This document shows, one piece after another, positions 1 to 12,816 of a stretch of 64,000 bases of DNA (positions are counted from its first letter, which is position 1; every line of letters begins with the position of its first letter). A program made the translations under genes and the position numbers. The stretch covers positions 194,742,001 through 194,806,000 of the forward strand of contig NC_058375.1 in the NCBI RefSeq assembly GCF_018350175.1, read 5' to 3'. The notes beneath the pieces are model-generated. The model saw only the letters and a program-made list of their open reading frames with translations, had not been told where the DNA came from and did no database searches. The DNA comes from Felis catus. Taxonomy: Eukaryota.

Positions 1-180
1 ATTGAGCCTTATGTCAGACTCTGTGCTGAGCATNNNNNNNNNNNNNNNNNNNNNNNNNNNNNNNNNNNNNNNNNNNNNNNNNNNNNNNNNNNNNNNNNNN
101 NNNNNNNNNNNNNNNNNNNNNNNNNNNNNNNNNNNNNNNNNNNNNNNNNNNNNNNNNNNNNNNNNNNNTAAAAAAAAAAT
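1..180 (+). mobile_element. Can-SINE (SINEC) 3' part, mostly masked
   Basis: gagccttatgtcagactctgtgctgagcat resembles the SINEC body; an A-tail follows the N-run. Confidence 0.7.
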
Positions 181-315
181 AAGGGCACTTATCAGACCAG
201 GGCCCCACTCTCATGATGTCCACATCTAATCCTAATTACCTCCCGAAGGCCATAATCAAATACCATCCCATTGGGAGACAGGGTTTCAACATATGAATTT
301 GGGGAAAACACAAGC
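181..315 (-). mobile_element. MaLR LTR fragment (MLT1A-like)
   Basis: ctaatcctaattacctcccgaaggcc...ttcaacatatgaatttgggg matches the recalled reverse complement of the MLT1A 5' end. Confidence 0.7.
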
Positions 316-2409
316 AGTATCATCTTTCCTCACGATGGTGTTTCTTCTCCTGATCTAAGGAACACATTTTGGGGCAGCCAGTTTCCATCATGGTTGAGAA
401 AGAAAGGGAAGAATTTTGTTCAGTTAATTGGTTGGTTTGTTGGTGTTGGTTTGAAAGACTAGCCTTGGTACTCTCATGTTTTACATCTTATGTTTTTAGC
501 TTTCTTATTATTGATTATCCCTGAATTTAATTCCCTTTGCTCTGGCAACACCTCCTTTATGATCTCTGCACTTAATGCCAAGAATTAGTTTTCTCCTTTA
601 ATTTGGGTTTTAAATAAGAATTACCATAGCTTAAAATCACATAACTTACACTGATTCCAGTATGAGGTTTTTATTGGAAAATGCTGTTAACAAGTTGAAA
701 TCAACAAGACATTTGAATCTCTAACAGGTCACGATGTACATAGCAGGTTGTGTTTACAGGTGTAAGATGACATTGTTCGGAGTTCTACCATCTACACATT
801 ATCTAAACTATGAATTGTCCGTTTTTTTTCTTACAGTGTGTCAGGTTTTTACGTCTGAAAAGGTGTTGCCGTGCTCCTTCCTCTTTTACAGTTTCTTCTC
901 CATCTCTTTCTAATCCTACTTGATACATTTTTAATGTGTATTTATCATGTGTGTTTCTGCATCTCATTATCTACTCCTATATTCCCAATATTCTGGGTCT
1001 CTGATCCAAATATTCTTTCCCAATATTTGGGTTCCTGAATCATTTCTTTAAGATTTTGTTCTTCTACCCTAATCATAAATATGTGTTTTCCAATTCTAAT
1101 AGCATCTTCCGGTCCTTAAGGTTCTCAGTTTCTTACCTACTCATACATCACTGAGGACAATCCAAAGATCCTCATATCTTACTTTTACTAAACTTCTATG
1201 TTTTACCTATCAATCTAAGCTGGTACTCAAAGAGATAACAGAGGGTGTTATGTTCATTACAATATTCAAGGGAAAATAGAAAACAATAAAAGGGAGTTGT
1301 GAAATTTTGATAGACTTTTATTAGTAAAGCTTAGATAGTCCAACTAAATTGAAGAAGGCTTTGTTATGTATCCTAAGAATTTCTGAATTTCATTATTAGT
1401 ATTATATTTTTGTTTTTACTTCTAAAATTATATCCAATTAGTATGTTCATCTGATTTCTTATTATAGACCTGAAATTCTCTTGCCAATTTAAATCTAGTT
1501 ATTATACTAGATACTAAATAATATAAATATTATTTCGACTTAAATTATCACTCTTGATTAGATGGGATTTTTTGAAGTTAGATTATATGGGCTCAAACAG
1601 CCACCAAAATAGCAATGTTTTGTAGTTATGCAAAATAATATTCTTTATAGTAGAAAGAATTTATAAAATAAAACTTAATTATAGGTCAAGTGCATATATT
1701 TGTGATTCACAGAGGTCTGTTCTTCCCCAAATCCCTGTTATTTTTGGTGAAATCAGAATTCATCTAGTCTTGTACCCTAGTAATACCAGAAACATGGGGA
1801 ATTGATTAATTCAGAAAGGAAGATCTAATTTCTATTTCTATATTTGCTACTAATACTGAGAGCCTGAAATGTATCTGTCCTGATTTCTGCCTATAGCTTG
1901 AAACATCTTTCTGAATGTCTGCTATAAGAGGAATCTAAATCCTAAGGACATCTGAAGGTCCAAAGAAAATCAAACCTGAATAGATACTTAAAAAGAGCTT
2001 TTGGAGCTAGAGATTTTTTTTAAGGAACATATAGTAATCTAAAAATGTATGTAAACCAATCTTCCAAATCAGGCCCTACCCAGGGTGAACTTTTCTGAGG
2101 CCAAGAGGGACTGAAATCCAGTGTAAGCTCTGCTCACTGAGCTCTTCACTCAAGGGCTGTATCTACTAAAAGGGCTCATCTTTTTCTGATTCACTTACCC
2201 AGAGGAATGCCTTTTCTAATTTCCACAAAGTTGTCTCGAGGAAAGCAGTATCCCACACCTACAAATGATAAACATTTTTGTGCCATTATTGTGTGTCTTA
2301 CATATTTTGACTCATGTTAGCCTCACAGCTGTATGATATAGGTATTATTATGATTTCCATTTTGTAGGGCTCAGAGTGGTTAAGTAGCTGTCCCAAGGTT
2401 ATGGAGCTA

Positions 2410-2449
2410 AGATTTGAAGCGAAACTAAAACATTTCTGAATGTTATATA

Positions 2450-2501
<52 letters not shown>

Positions 2502-2560
2502 ATGTATATATATATACATATATATAACATTCAGAAATGTTTTAGTTTCGCTTCAAATCT
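2410..2560. repeat. Perfect inverted repeat around an (AT)n/(ATAC) microsatellite
   Basis: agatttgaagcgaaactaaaacatttctgaatgttatata from 2410 is the exact reverse complement of tatataacattcagaaatgttttagtttcgcttcaaatct ending at 2560. Confidence 0.95.
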
Positions 2561-2687
2561 ATCGCTATCAAATATATTATACATATATGTATAATATATG
2601 TATGTATAATATGTATAATATATATATTATGTAAATAAATGTTTACTGATAAGTCCAAGTCTTCCATTTGCAACCACCTGATCTATA

Positions 2688-3122
2688 GAATTCCCAGGAA
2701 ACACACTAAGATATAGAGATGTGTGTACGGGAAGTTTCCTGGGATGTCTTCGCAGGATCAACATCTATGAAGTGTGAAATAAGCAGGATGAGGTAGAGGG
2801 AAAAGCTGAACTGTAATATAGTTGTAACAGAGAACTCAGCCCATCACACAGGAAACTCTCAGCAAGGATGGCTCTCCAAAGCAATCTCCAGATGGAGTAA
2901 GGGAGCCCACATTTATACACCCCCATCCACCCACCCACCTTCATTATGCCTTTGACCAGCCATTAGAAGCAGGCTGCTACCAGGAAGAGCTTAAGTGAGG
3001 CAACTCTCTTTAGCTAAGAGCAACGTCTGGAGAAGAGCTCAGTGGAGAGCTGTCAGCCATTAACAGGCTCAAAGAATAAATATTCATTCCTGCAGAGGGC
3101 ATCTCAGTACCACATCCACTAC
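2688..3122. mobile_element. ERVL LTR relic (LTR33-like)
   Basis: ttcccaggaaacacactaagatatagagat...aagcaggatgaggtagagggaaaagctgaactg resembles the recalled LTR33/LTR16 consensus. Confidence 0.5.
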
Positions 3123-4105
3123 CTGAGCCTGTAGATTGAAAAAGAAGACCAACTGCATAACTTTAGGGAAGGAGAGTCTACCCTACCCAAATTATGGAAT
3201 ATGATGTCCGGATAACTCCACCTCTTTCACATCCTACCCACATTTGAGTACTTTCAACGTGTGACCCCAGCGTTTACATAACAGTCTGATCCACAATCAG
3301 AAAAGCCCTTCATAATTTACAGAGCAATGCTTATCCATTATCCATTATTTCCTTTGTTCTGCACAGTAAATTGATGAAATAGAAAGGAAAACTATTAGAA
3401 ACCTTAGGGCTCTTTGGAAATAATCCACAGAAGTCCATTTTTTCTAGAAGCTATGTGCTCCACTAACAACAGGAATTAAATGGGCAAAAGAGAGGATGAT
3501 GACAGTTATTATTCACCTCAGGAGGGCTTCCTATTTACCTTTGAAGGAAGAAACAAGCTGAATGTTGACAAATTTTGTATTCTCACTTTGCTTAGGCATG
3601 AGTATTACAATATAGTGAACATATTATTTTAGAAAATCCCTTAAAAATGCCAGAAGTTGCCATGTGATCTCAAAGCTCCAGACTTTGATCAGTTCCAGAA
3701 ATTTAATAAGAATCCTTGCCTGGTGGTACTATCAGAAGCCTGCTGAAGAGGGTAGCTTCAGGGAAAATCTTTTTGTCTTTATCACTGATAGTCCCCTTTG
3801 TCTCTCTCTAGGTGGTTCTGATAGTCTGCCAAGGATACAGAAAGCATGTTTTCTAATCAAGAGGTCTACATTCATATCCTTTAGCACTAGAGGGTGATCA
3901 GAATGCACAGACATTTTCCTTTCTCTTAAATCATATTCTGAATTTTACAAAGATTAACTTGCTTGGTGAGCTCTTGACAATTCTGTCTTTCAAGTTGCAC
4001 ATGCTCACCATAAAACATATAAAATTTGGTTTAATCACAAAATGGAATCTCAGTACCAAAAGGGCTTAGTGAGTAGGTGAACAGATGTCTTTTTTTCTTG
4101 TTTGT

Positions 4106-4372
4106 NNNNNNNNNNNNNNNNNNNNNNNNNNNNNNNNNNNNNNNNNNNNNNNNNNNNNNNNNNNNNNNNNNNNNNNNNNNNNNNNNNNNNNNNNNNNNNN
4201 NNNNNNNNNNNNNNNNNNNNNNNNNNNNNNNNNNNNNNNNNNNNNNNNNNNNNNNNNNNNNNNNNNNNNNNNNNNNNNNNNNNNNNNNNNNNNNNNNNNN
4301 NNNNNNNNNNNNNNNNNNNNNNNNNNNNNNNNNNNNNNNNNNNNNNNNNNNNNNNNNNNNNNNNNNNNNNNN
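4106..4372 (+). CDS. UNC80: Probable UNC80 coding exon hidden under an N-run (boundaries unknown; coordinates are those of the mask)
   Basis: The N-run starts directly after a polypyrimidine tract (tctttttttcttgtttgt). Other N-runs here demonstrably cover UNC80 exons. Position and size fit the recalled upstream exon (Gly-rich...GCAYGCGEGHRGLSGDRLRHQ). Inference only; the bases are not visible. Confidence 0.5.
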
Positions 4373-6001
4373 GGGGTGATTAATGCTGATTTGGATTGGG
4401 AAGATTCCCACAACATATCTCAAGACCTCTAAAACCCAGGCCTGGTAAAGCTTAATTGGGAAAACACTTCTGCCTTCTGCCTAGGGCAGGCCAACTCCCA
4501 GTTGGTGAAAGGGTGTATCATTGGAAAGTATGAATTAGAGTCTGAAAGACCTGTGCAAAGATAAAGACATTTAGCAAGTCTCTGATGGTCTGTGACAAAT
4601 GACTTTTTAATCATCTCTGCCTGGGTACTATAGAAACATATTTTATATTAAAGAAAGGGGTCAAAGTTTAGGATTTAGTTTGTTATTCCTATATAGATAG
4701 GGAAAATGGCCCTTATTGGGACAAAACAGGACTATAAAAGTAGCCAGTCATGTTCTGGCTGCTTTGTTTCAGAATGAACCTTGACTCCTAAGTATTTAAG
4801 ATCATGTCCCTTTGAACTGTGTGAAACTTGAAACTCTGCGCTTGGGCTTGCAAAGCATAATGCTGTCATGGAACATGGTCTTATTCCAGCTCATTTTCAT
4901 TTGCCTCAGCTGATTGCGACTTTTCCCTTGACTCTTGAGCAATAACCCACCTCCATAGCAAGTCCAAGATGGGACATTTGCCTCATACATATGTTTGAAT
5001 TGAAACCATAAGAAAATACCATAAGAAAATAAGACTTTTATGTAAATTTGAGTCCAGGAAACCCTTTGGCATATTTTGGCAGAGTTTTAAGATCATGTCA
5101 AAATCTAATGCCAGCCCATTTTTTCTTGGTATTAGTTTTTGTCATGAAATGTTCACACAGTATTAGCATGCTGGGTATCTTTCTTAATATGTCATCCACC
5201 TATCTATCCATTCATCCATCCTTGTCTGTTTCTTTTATGTTCTATTACGTTGTTTTATATTAACTTATTGTATTATATTCACAGTAATTAACTTCTAAAT
5301 TATGAAACTTGGCAACTTTGACCAAGATCTAGATTTTGAGGTCCAAAATTTAAAAATCAAAATAATAATTAGTAAGGCAATAGAAAGCTGACATTGCCCC
5401 CATCTTTGCACATGCATAAGTGATTTTTAATGTGTGGTTTTTAGTTCTATCGCAGTATGAATAAGTGCCTTCAAGGCTAAAACATTAACACTCCTCATAC
5501 AGAAGACCAGTTCCATGAAACGAAACACTAAAAAATAGTAAGTGTCATGCTTGACTTGGAGGTATTAAACTGGCTCTGATGCCACAACCTGTCTTTCTAG
5601 ACTTGAAGAAAATAGGAATAGTTGGATCAGAAGCCGCTTGAGAGACCATTGTTGCTGTTCAGTCTACCATGCTTCCCTCACCGAGACTCCTGAACATTTC
5701 CTGTCAGGATGTCTAGACAGTTTTTTACCTGCCTTCTCAGCTTTGCTGACTTACATGGCAAATCTTCCATTATCTTGTAGCCCAGCTTAATACTCATTAT
5801 AGGGATTATATTTGCCTAATTTTGCTCAGCAAACACATTGTCCAAGGTATACAAATCTGAGAAATTATCCCTGGGAAAGTCTAATTAATTCAAGAAGCTA
5901 GGTCTTTACAAATTTCTAAGGCATTGAATTTTCAGAGGTTGCTTAACTTTTAAGATGTTAAGAATATTTCTTACTTCTACCAGATCAGGGCCTCTATACT
6001 T

Positions 6002-6224
6002 AAAAAATTTTTTTTAATATTTATTTATTTCTGAGAGAGAGAGAGACAGAGACAGAGCATGAGCAGGGGAGGGGCAGAGAGAGAGGGAGACACAAAATCC
6101 AAAGCAGTCTCCAGGCTCTGAGCTGTCAGACACGGGACTGACATGGGACTCGAACTCATGAACTGTGAGATCATGACCTGAGCGAAAGTCGGACGCTCAA
6201 CTGACTGAGCCACCCAGGTGCCCA
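6002..6224 (-). mobile_element. SINEC_Fc-type SINE with 15-bp TSD
   Basis: The reverse complement reads gggcacctgggtggctcagtcagttgagcg...(CT)n, polyA. TSD agggcctctatactt at 5987-6001 and 6225-6239. Confidence 0.95.
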
Positions 6225-7139
6225 AGGGCCTCTATACTTCTTAGAAAGAAAGAGAGAAAGAGAGAGAAAAAGAGAGAAAGAAAGAGAAAAAAAGAAAGAA
6301 AGAAAAAATTACTATAATGATATTCATCAAAATGCCTAATAATTCCAGCATGTGTCTTTTAGATTAACCATTCATTGGTTGTCCCAAAATATTGAAAGGG
6401 AATTCACTCTGACAGTTTTATATCTCTTGGAGAAGAGATTCTTGAATATTCATTCAAAATCAAAATACTTAAGGTTTTGATTCCTGATTCTTGCTTAAAC
6501 TTCTCATTGAACTCATTTAGACGTTCTAATGGCCTCTAAACAGTACATCTGAAACTATGCTGTCATTGGAGTATTTTGTAGAGAAGACAGGATAATTTGT
6601 GCTTCGGGACTTTCCAACCCAGGATTTTAAAGTGCTTCATATGTGTTGCAATCAAGATCTTCACATATTTTTTATGGGGTAAAAATTAAATACTACTTCA
6701 TAAGGGAAATATTTTATGTAAATGCTTTGAAAACATAATTTTTCAGCAAGCAGCATTTATTTTATAAGAAGAAAAAATGAATTTGCCTGAGAACCAGCAA
6801 ACAGCAATATCTCTGGAATAAAAACACCTAATTTCTCAATATTCTAGGACCTAATAAAGGCAAAATGAAAACAATTACCAGTCCACCTGACTTTGTGATA
6901 TAGCCAGAGAGATTACCACAAGGTCATGCCAAGTTTATTGCTAATTCAGCCTTTTATACTCTTTCTTTCCCTCTCAAATTTTTCCAGAAGCTTTCTCTGG
7001 GCCTTGATTTGTTAAAATAGTGATGTAACTTAAATTTTCTTCTGGGAATCCATTAAGGGCCCATCTTATGTGTTTAAATTCTTAGGGACTGCTTTCTCTA
7101 ATCTTACTTCCATGATTGTGCCTGGTTGTCCAAAGTTCT

Positions 7140-7260
7140 CCGTCCTCAATTAAGGTGGTTAACTTGGACAAAGTCCCTGACTTCTGTGAGCCTCAATTTC
7201 CTCCACTGTAATATGGGGATACTCATCAAATCACAGAGGTGTGAAAGTCAAATGTTATAC
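7140..7260 (+). mobile_element. MIR fragment
   Basis: acttggacaaagtccctgacttctgtgagcctcaatttcctccactgtaatatggggata is the MIR core. Confidence 0.7.
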
Positions 7261-8124
7261 AGTTACAAGAAAGAAACATGTTTTAAACAGCAAAGCACCA
7301 CCCAAATGTGATTTTTCTCTCCATGATAGGACAAGGCTGGGAGGCTTCTAATGACCCTCAATACTATCAGTGCATTCTGTCTGTGGCCTTCTGCAGCCAA
7401 TGGCTGTGACGTTACTTGCTCTAATGGAGAGATTATTCCCGTTCTCTTTGTCAGATGGCAGAATCATTTACTGTATTGTCTGAAATATAGTTGTGAGTAG
7501 CAGGGTCTAGCCAGTGGTCACTTGGTTGTCATGTCTATAAAGTAAATTTCTGTTTAAATATCAAACTTTCACATTGAAATACAGACACATAAACAAACTA
7601 GATGTGCCTTTATTTTATGCCTCCTTCATGCTTGAAGGGTCCTCCCTTCCTGGCCATATATGAAAACACTGGATACCCACTTCATATATCCCTCTCACCC
7701 ACTCCATTAAATCTACTTAAGTCCAAAATAGCTGAACATGGGAGTAGCACCCTTCCTCCCACTGCACAAAGCTTTGAGGTTTTCTAAACCTGGATAACCA
7801 ATTCTATAACCTGCCTAATTTTTATACTTGGAGCATTTTTCATTGAGATCTTAAAATCGTGATCTTGGCAAAAAGACTGAATTCCTCTGGCACCAGCATT
7901 AGACGTTAGCCTTGGGTTTTACTTGGAGCAGCCCTTCTAAAAGTAAAGTCCCTCATACTGCTCAGCTTAGTCTCTGCCCCTTCCTTGCTCAGACAAGGGG
8001 GGCTTGCAGGGTTGGCTGGCACCAGCCAGCAGGGATGGACAGAAGCCTTTGCCTTCCGCAGGCTTCTGTCTCAGACTAATGGTATCCCCAGCTTAAGCTG
8101 GTACCTGTGACTTCTTCACTTTTC

Positions 8125-8288
8125 NNNNNNNNNNNNNNNNNNNNNNNNNNNNNNNNNNNNNNNNNNNNNNNNNNNNNNNNNNNNNNNNNNNNNNNNNNNN
8201 NNNNNNNNNNNNNNNNNNNNNNNNNNNNNNNNNNNNNNNNNNNNNNNNNNNNNNNNNNNNNNNNNNNNNNNNNNNNNNNNNNNNNNNN
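8125..8288 (+). CDS. UNC80: Probable UNC80 coding exon hidden under an N-run (likely ending ~8286)
   Basis: Preceded by the pyrimidine tract cttcttcacttttc and followed by aagtaaag, consistent with a [gt]aagt donor at 8287. The next visible exon starts in phase 1 (AC AAG GCT), needing an upstream exon that ends ...D+A as in recalled AQNCLTKLY...FCMEPVTD/N (~148 nt). Confidence 0.65.
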
Positions 8289-8387
8289 AAGTAAAGCTGT
8301 GCCATGTTCCAGGAGAGATCACTATGAGGTGAAACAGGTAGTGTTTCTGAGGTACCCTGAATATGTGGGGATAGACTTTAGAGGAAA

Positions 8388-8390
<3 letters not shown>

Positions 8391-8466
<76 letters not shown>
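8391..8466. repeat. Compound microsatellite (TG)17(AG)21
   Basis: Read directly from the sequence. Confidence 0.95.
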
Positions 8467-8468
<2 letters not shown>

Positions 8469-10348
8469 TGTATAATAGAGTATAAGCAAGAGAAGCTTGC
8501 ACATTATCTTTGGTGACACATTTTGGGGGGTTTCCAAGGAGAACTTAACTCAGCAAAGGGCATTTTGTAAAGCTGTGGCGTCCCCACCATTAGCCCCTCA
8601 ATCTATACACTATCACTCATGGCACTCCTCTCTTTCTCATACAATTTTCTGTTGTATGACCACTGAGGCAAAATCAGGGAACAAGGAGTATATTCATTAG
8701 TTCAACAAATATGAAATGACTACCTAATATGTGCCAGGCAGAGTGCTTGAAAATTTTTTTTCACAAGATAAAACAGGAAAGAAAAGATATATAGAAACAT
8801 AGTAGTAACATAATTTTGATATACTCGTATACACATATATACTAAAATATTTTAAATAGGCAAATAGATATATAGATAATCCCACATACCATTTTAGAAC
8901 TTGGTGTTTTGAGAAAACTCCACTGTAGAAACCTGTGGTATAGGGGGACCAGTGAACATATTGCACTCATAATAGACCTAACACCTTCAATACCACTTGG
9001 GTGTAAACACAGTAATGAAATGAAAGTGATGTATGAAGACTGAGGTGAGTAAAATACACATTTTAATTAGAGCCTGGGAAGAAATAACTTCTTCATGTGG
9101 ATGTTTATGGTTTATATAATATATGTGTGATAGTTGATTAATTTATAATGAAGATCTATTTGATGAATTTGGAAGCAGTTTCCCTATCTTTATTGTTTGG
9201 CGATCACATTTAAAACAATATTGTTCCTCTATAGAGCCCCTAAAACAATGTACATTATCAGAGTTGTTTTAAGCTGAGCACATTACAAATTTTAGAAAAT
9301 AATTAAATGAGAAGAGAGATTCCTGAGTACAAACTATTTTCTCTTTTTTAAGCCATTTGAGATAGAAACTACAAGCAGAGACTAAGAGATTTCTTTCTAT
9401 AATGTAAAGTCTAGGGCTAATCCCCAGCCAGTTGGCACAGACAGTGAGAGGTTATGGTAAAGTGACAAATCCCCCGTGGGACTCTTGAGAGACAGAAGTA
9501 GCTCCCAGTGAATCAGCCAGCCAAACACACAGGTCCCTATCTGATCAGTGTCAGGGCTACATAAATCCTGACCGTACAGTCCACAGATGGTTCACAGTCA
9601 TTAAGAATCTTCTGGCAAGTCTCCAGAATAGCTAATGTGTCCCCTAAGAAATGTTTCCTGGATATGTTGAAAAGTGGCATAAAGTGCCATGGGAGGGTGA
9701 TGGCCTCAGTTCACTGGCATTTCACATCTCAGTGAGTTATAAGGAAGTGGCTCTAAGAGAGGTGGTAGGTTTTCCCTCTTGGTATGGCAAGTCTGTGGAG
9801 GCAAGAAGCTGCTAGAAGTTCTATGCAGCTCGTGGCAGGACTCAGTGTCCTTTTTATTACCAGTGCTAGTGTGAATCCCCCTCAGGGCCCTTTCCCACCT
9901 TTTCCTCCCCCTGGCCAGCTCATGGGGTTGGCCCCACCTCACTCCACTTCTGAAAGACTGAACAATTTCCACTGGGAAGCCAGCATTCCTCACCACCAAA
10001 AAGGCTGAATCAAATAAATTCTCTCTTCAATGAGGAATTCTTATTTTTTAAGTGATCACCTATTTAAAAACTAGGTCTAAATATCTTTCTTAGGGTCAAC
10101 AGTTGATTCTCCCTTTTTGCTAAGACTTATCAATATAAACATTCCACAACACAATGGACTATATCATGGTAAAGACTCTGAGGAAGACTATGAGTTGTTT
10201 ATCTCCAAGTCTCCAAGGTGTATCTTTAGTCCGTTTCTGAATTTTGTGTAGCCCTTCACTAATTCCTGGGTGCCAAATACTTCGTTACTTCTTTAACCTG
10301 TGTAGCTTAATGAAAACATTGCCTTGAATTAGTGCCTTTGCATTCCAG

Positions 10349-10497
10349 ACAAGGCTGGGTTTGGAAATAACTTCACCACGGTGGACAACAAATCCACAGC
10401 CCAAAACGTGGAAGGCATCATCGTCAGCGCCATGTTTAAATCCCTTATCACCCGTTGCGCTTCAACTACACATGAATTGCACAGCCCTGAGAATCTG
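10349..10497 (+). CDS. UNC80: UNC80 internal exon: (N)KAGFGNNFTTVDNKSTAQNVEGIIVSAMFKSLITRCASTTHELHSPENL
   Basis: Acceptor tttgcattccag| and donor |gtgaga; 149 nt, phase 1 to 0. The peptide is recognisable as UNC80 and is in frame with the next exon. Confidence 0.96.
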
Positions 10498-12649
10498 GTG
10501 AGAAGTTCACCTCTTCTTCCCACAGGAGTTCTTGGTCTCTGCTCTAAGAACTGTTCTCAGTCATGGCCATGAGATAGACAAGTTAAAGTCTAAAAGTCTT
10601 CACCTTAAAGTTAAAAATCTCTGTTTTCCCAAAGTGACCAGTAGCTCATGGTGGAGCCTCGATGACACATTTCTCCTCGTTGTTATTCATTATTCTACTT
10701 GAAAATTGACGTATCTTCCTCTTCTACCTCATCAGTTCTGTGGTGATTGCTGAGATAGGTGCAAGGTACTCTGAACCCGTAAAAAGAAAGAGGGGCTGGA
10801 GCACAGCTTATTAACTCATGAAATATTAAATAATACTACACCAAGCATTTTCTTGAAACCACACTTACTTTAAAAATTAAATATACTGCTGGAACTAGTT
10901 TTGTTTTCTTTTATTGAATTTTTTAGGTACTCCTCATAAATGACTGTGTTAATTAAACCACTGAAGCCGCAAGTAGTATGGAGAGAGAAGCAGGTTATAA
11001 CAAGTTAGTGCTTAATTGTGGTTTGGGGTACGAGAAGTAGATTAAGGCTGATGAATCTGACATGACTAGATGAATTCATTTCTCTCTGGGGAGTAAAGGA
11101 ACATTTCTCTATCTTACCAATCTGTTACATATTGTGACTTCTATGTAGAAATCAGCCCATTTATACATATTGACACTATCTGCTAATCTACCTAAATCAA
11201 GGAAATCATTTTAAGCTATTGAAACTATTCGCATCACTTTGGGTAAACAAACTAAAATCCCAAACCTAAGGCAATTTAATTTTGCTGACTGTCAAAGCCA
11301 CCTCAGCAAAGTTTTGGAGCTTGAGAAAAACATGGGCCCCATCCATGCATTTAATTTGGTCATGGCAAGAAGTAATTTGACAAGTTGATTATAATATGTG
11401 TGAGTACTTGTTATACATTTTAGTTTGCAAAATCATGTATAGAAGAAATAACTGTATTTCTTAACTTTCTTTAAATCATCTTAGTTTTGACTTTGAACTC
11501 TCATTTCAGAATGGCTGAAAGTTGAACCCCAGTCATTCTTGGGTTTCCTTACTTCATAGAGTGGTGCAAAGATCCCAAGTCTTTGATAGGACCTAGGACC
11601 TGGGGAGCTCCATGGGTCTCAATCATCAATTCATACCTGTTATTTCACATACTGCTCTCTGCTGCATGCTTAGGGCTGGGCATTCTAGTTAATTTAGAAC
11701 CCTGGTTTTGGGGGTCTTGTCCCTTTTATGGAAGAGCTACCAAAGTATACAGTGAAGGCACAGGGTCTTTCTGACCCTAGAACCAAAAAACACCCTTTCC
11801 ATCTTTTCCCCAGTTACTGCTCCTTCTGATGTTTTAAGGGTCATGGGCATGGTTGTCCCATTGGGCCTTAGGTTTTTAAACCAAAGCTATCAAGTAAGTG
11901 TTTAAGTGGTTTTGTTTAGGCTTCTGTGTTCTGCTTTGCCATGAACCTTTCCTAAGGCAAAGAATACAGTAACTACCTTCTTGAATAGAAAGGAGGAAAT
12001 GCTGATAAAAGCTTAATATCTCAAGAAAAAGGTCCTGTATATATTTTTCAATATGGATTCATCAATGTACTGGTTTTAATAGCCCTATATCACCTGTAGT
12101 TCATAGTCAGGTTCATGTACAAATGAACTTCAACATACACATTTTTTAAACATGTCAAGCAAAATAAATTGTCCTTGAATATCAGGCTCTGTTAGAAGTG
12201 TCTAGATGACTTAGCATACTTTATCACAGTGATGTAGAAAAATGGGAGAAGCTGAATAAGGACTGAAATCTCTAGTCTAAACGAATTTCTGATTGCCTTT
12301 TTTTTGCAGGCATCTCTTCAGAAGTCCCAATTAAGAGAGAAAATTAAAGCTTGGGAATCCAGTGGTTTAAAGTATAAATTGATGTCTTTCTAATGATACA
12401 ACCAACTTTCTGAATATGAAGCATGGTAACCATCCTTTATCGTACTAAGGATGACAGGCAAAGTTCTTGATAATGTTGCTGTAGGAACAATGGAGAGATA
12501 GTGTACCATCGGTTTCATTGTTGTAAATTGCCTTCCTTTTATGATTCCAATGCTGACCTAAGTCTAAGGAATTAGCTTCTCCCACTCTTCCTGTGAAAAC
12601 CACTTAATCACACGACTTTCCCCAAACCTTCCTTCTTGCATCCAAACAG

Positions 12650-12816
12650 GGGCTGTATTGTGATATCCGTCAGCTGGTCCAATTTATCAAAGAGGCTCAT
12701 GGGAATGTCTTCAGGAGAGTGGCCCTCAGCGCTTTGCTTGACAGTGCTGAGAAGTTGGCACCAGGGAAAAAGCTGGAGGAGAATGAATCCGAATCTAAGA
12801 CTGCAGGCAGTAAAAG
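12650..12816 (+). CDS. UNC80: UNC80 internal exon: GLYCDIRQLVQFIKEAHGNVFRRVALSALLDSAEKLAPGKKLEENESESKTAGSK(R)
   Basis: Acceptor ccaaacag| and donor AG|gttgga; 167 nt, phase 0 to 2. The real frame is not in the ORF track and was translated by hand. Confidence 0.95.

Noticed and set aside
12295-12395. Strong-looking acceptor ttttttttgcag| at ~12309
   Set aside because: No convincing donor follows before an in-frame stop, so it is most likely a decoy site.
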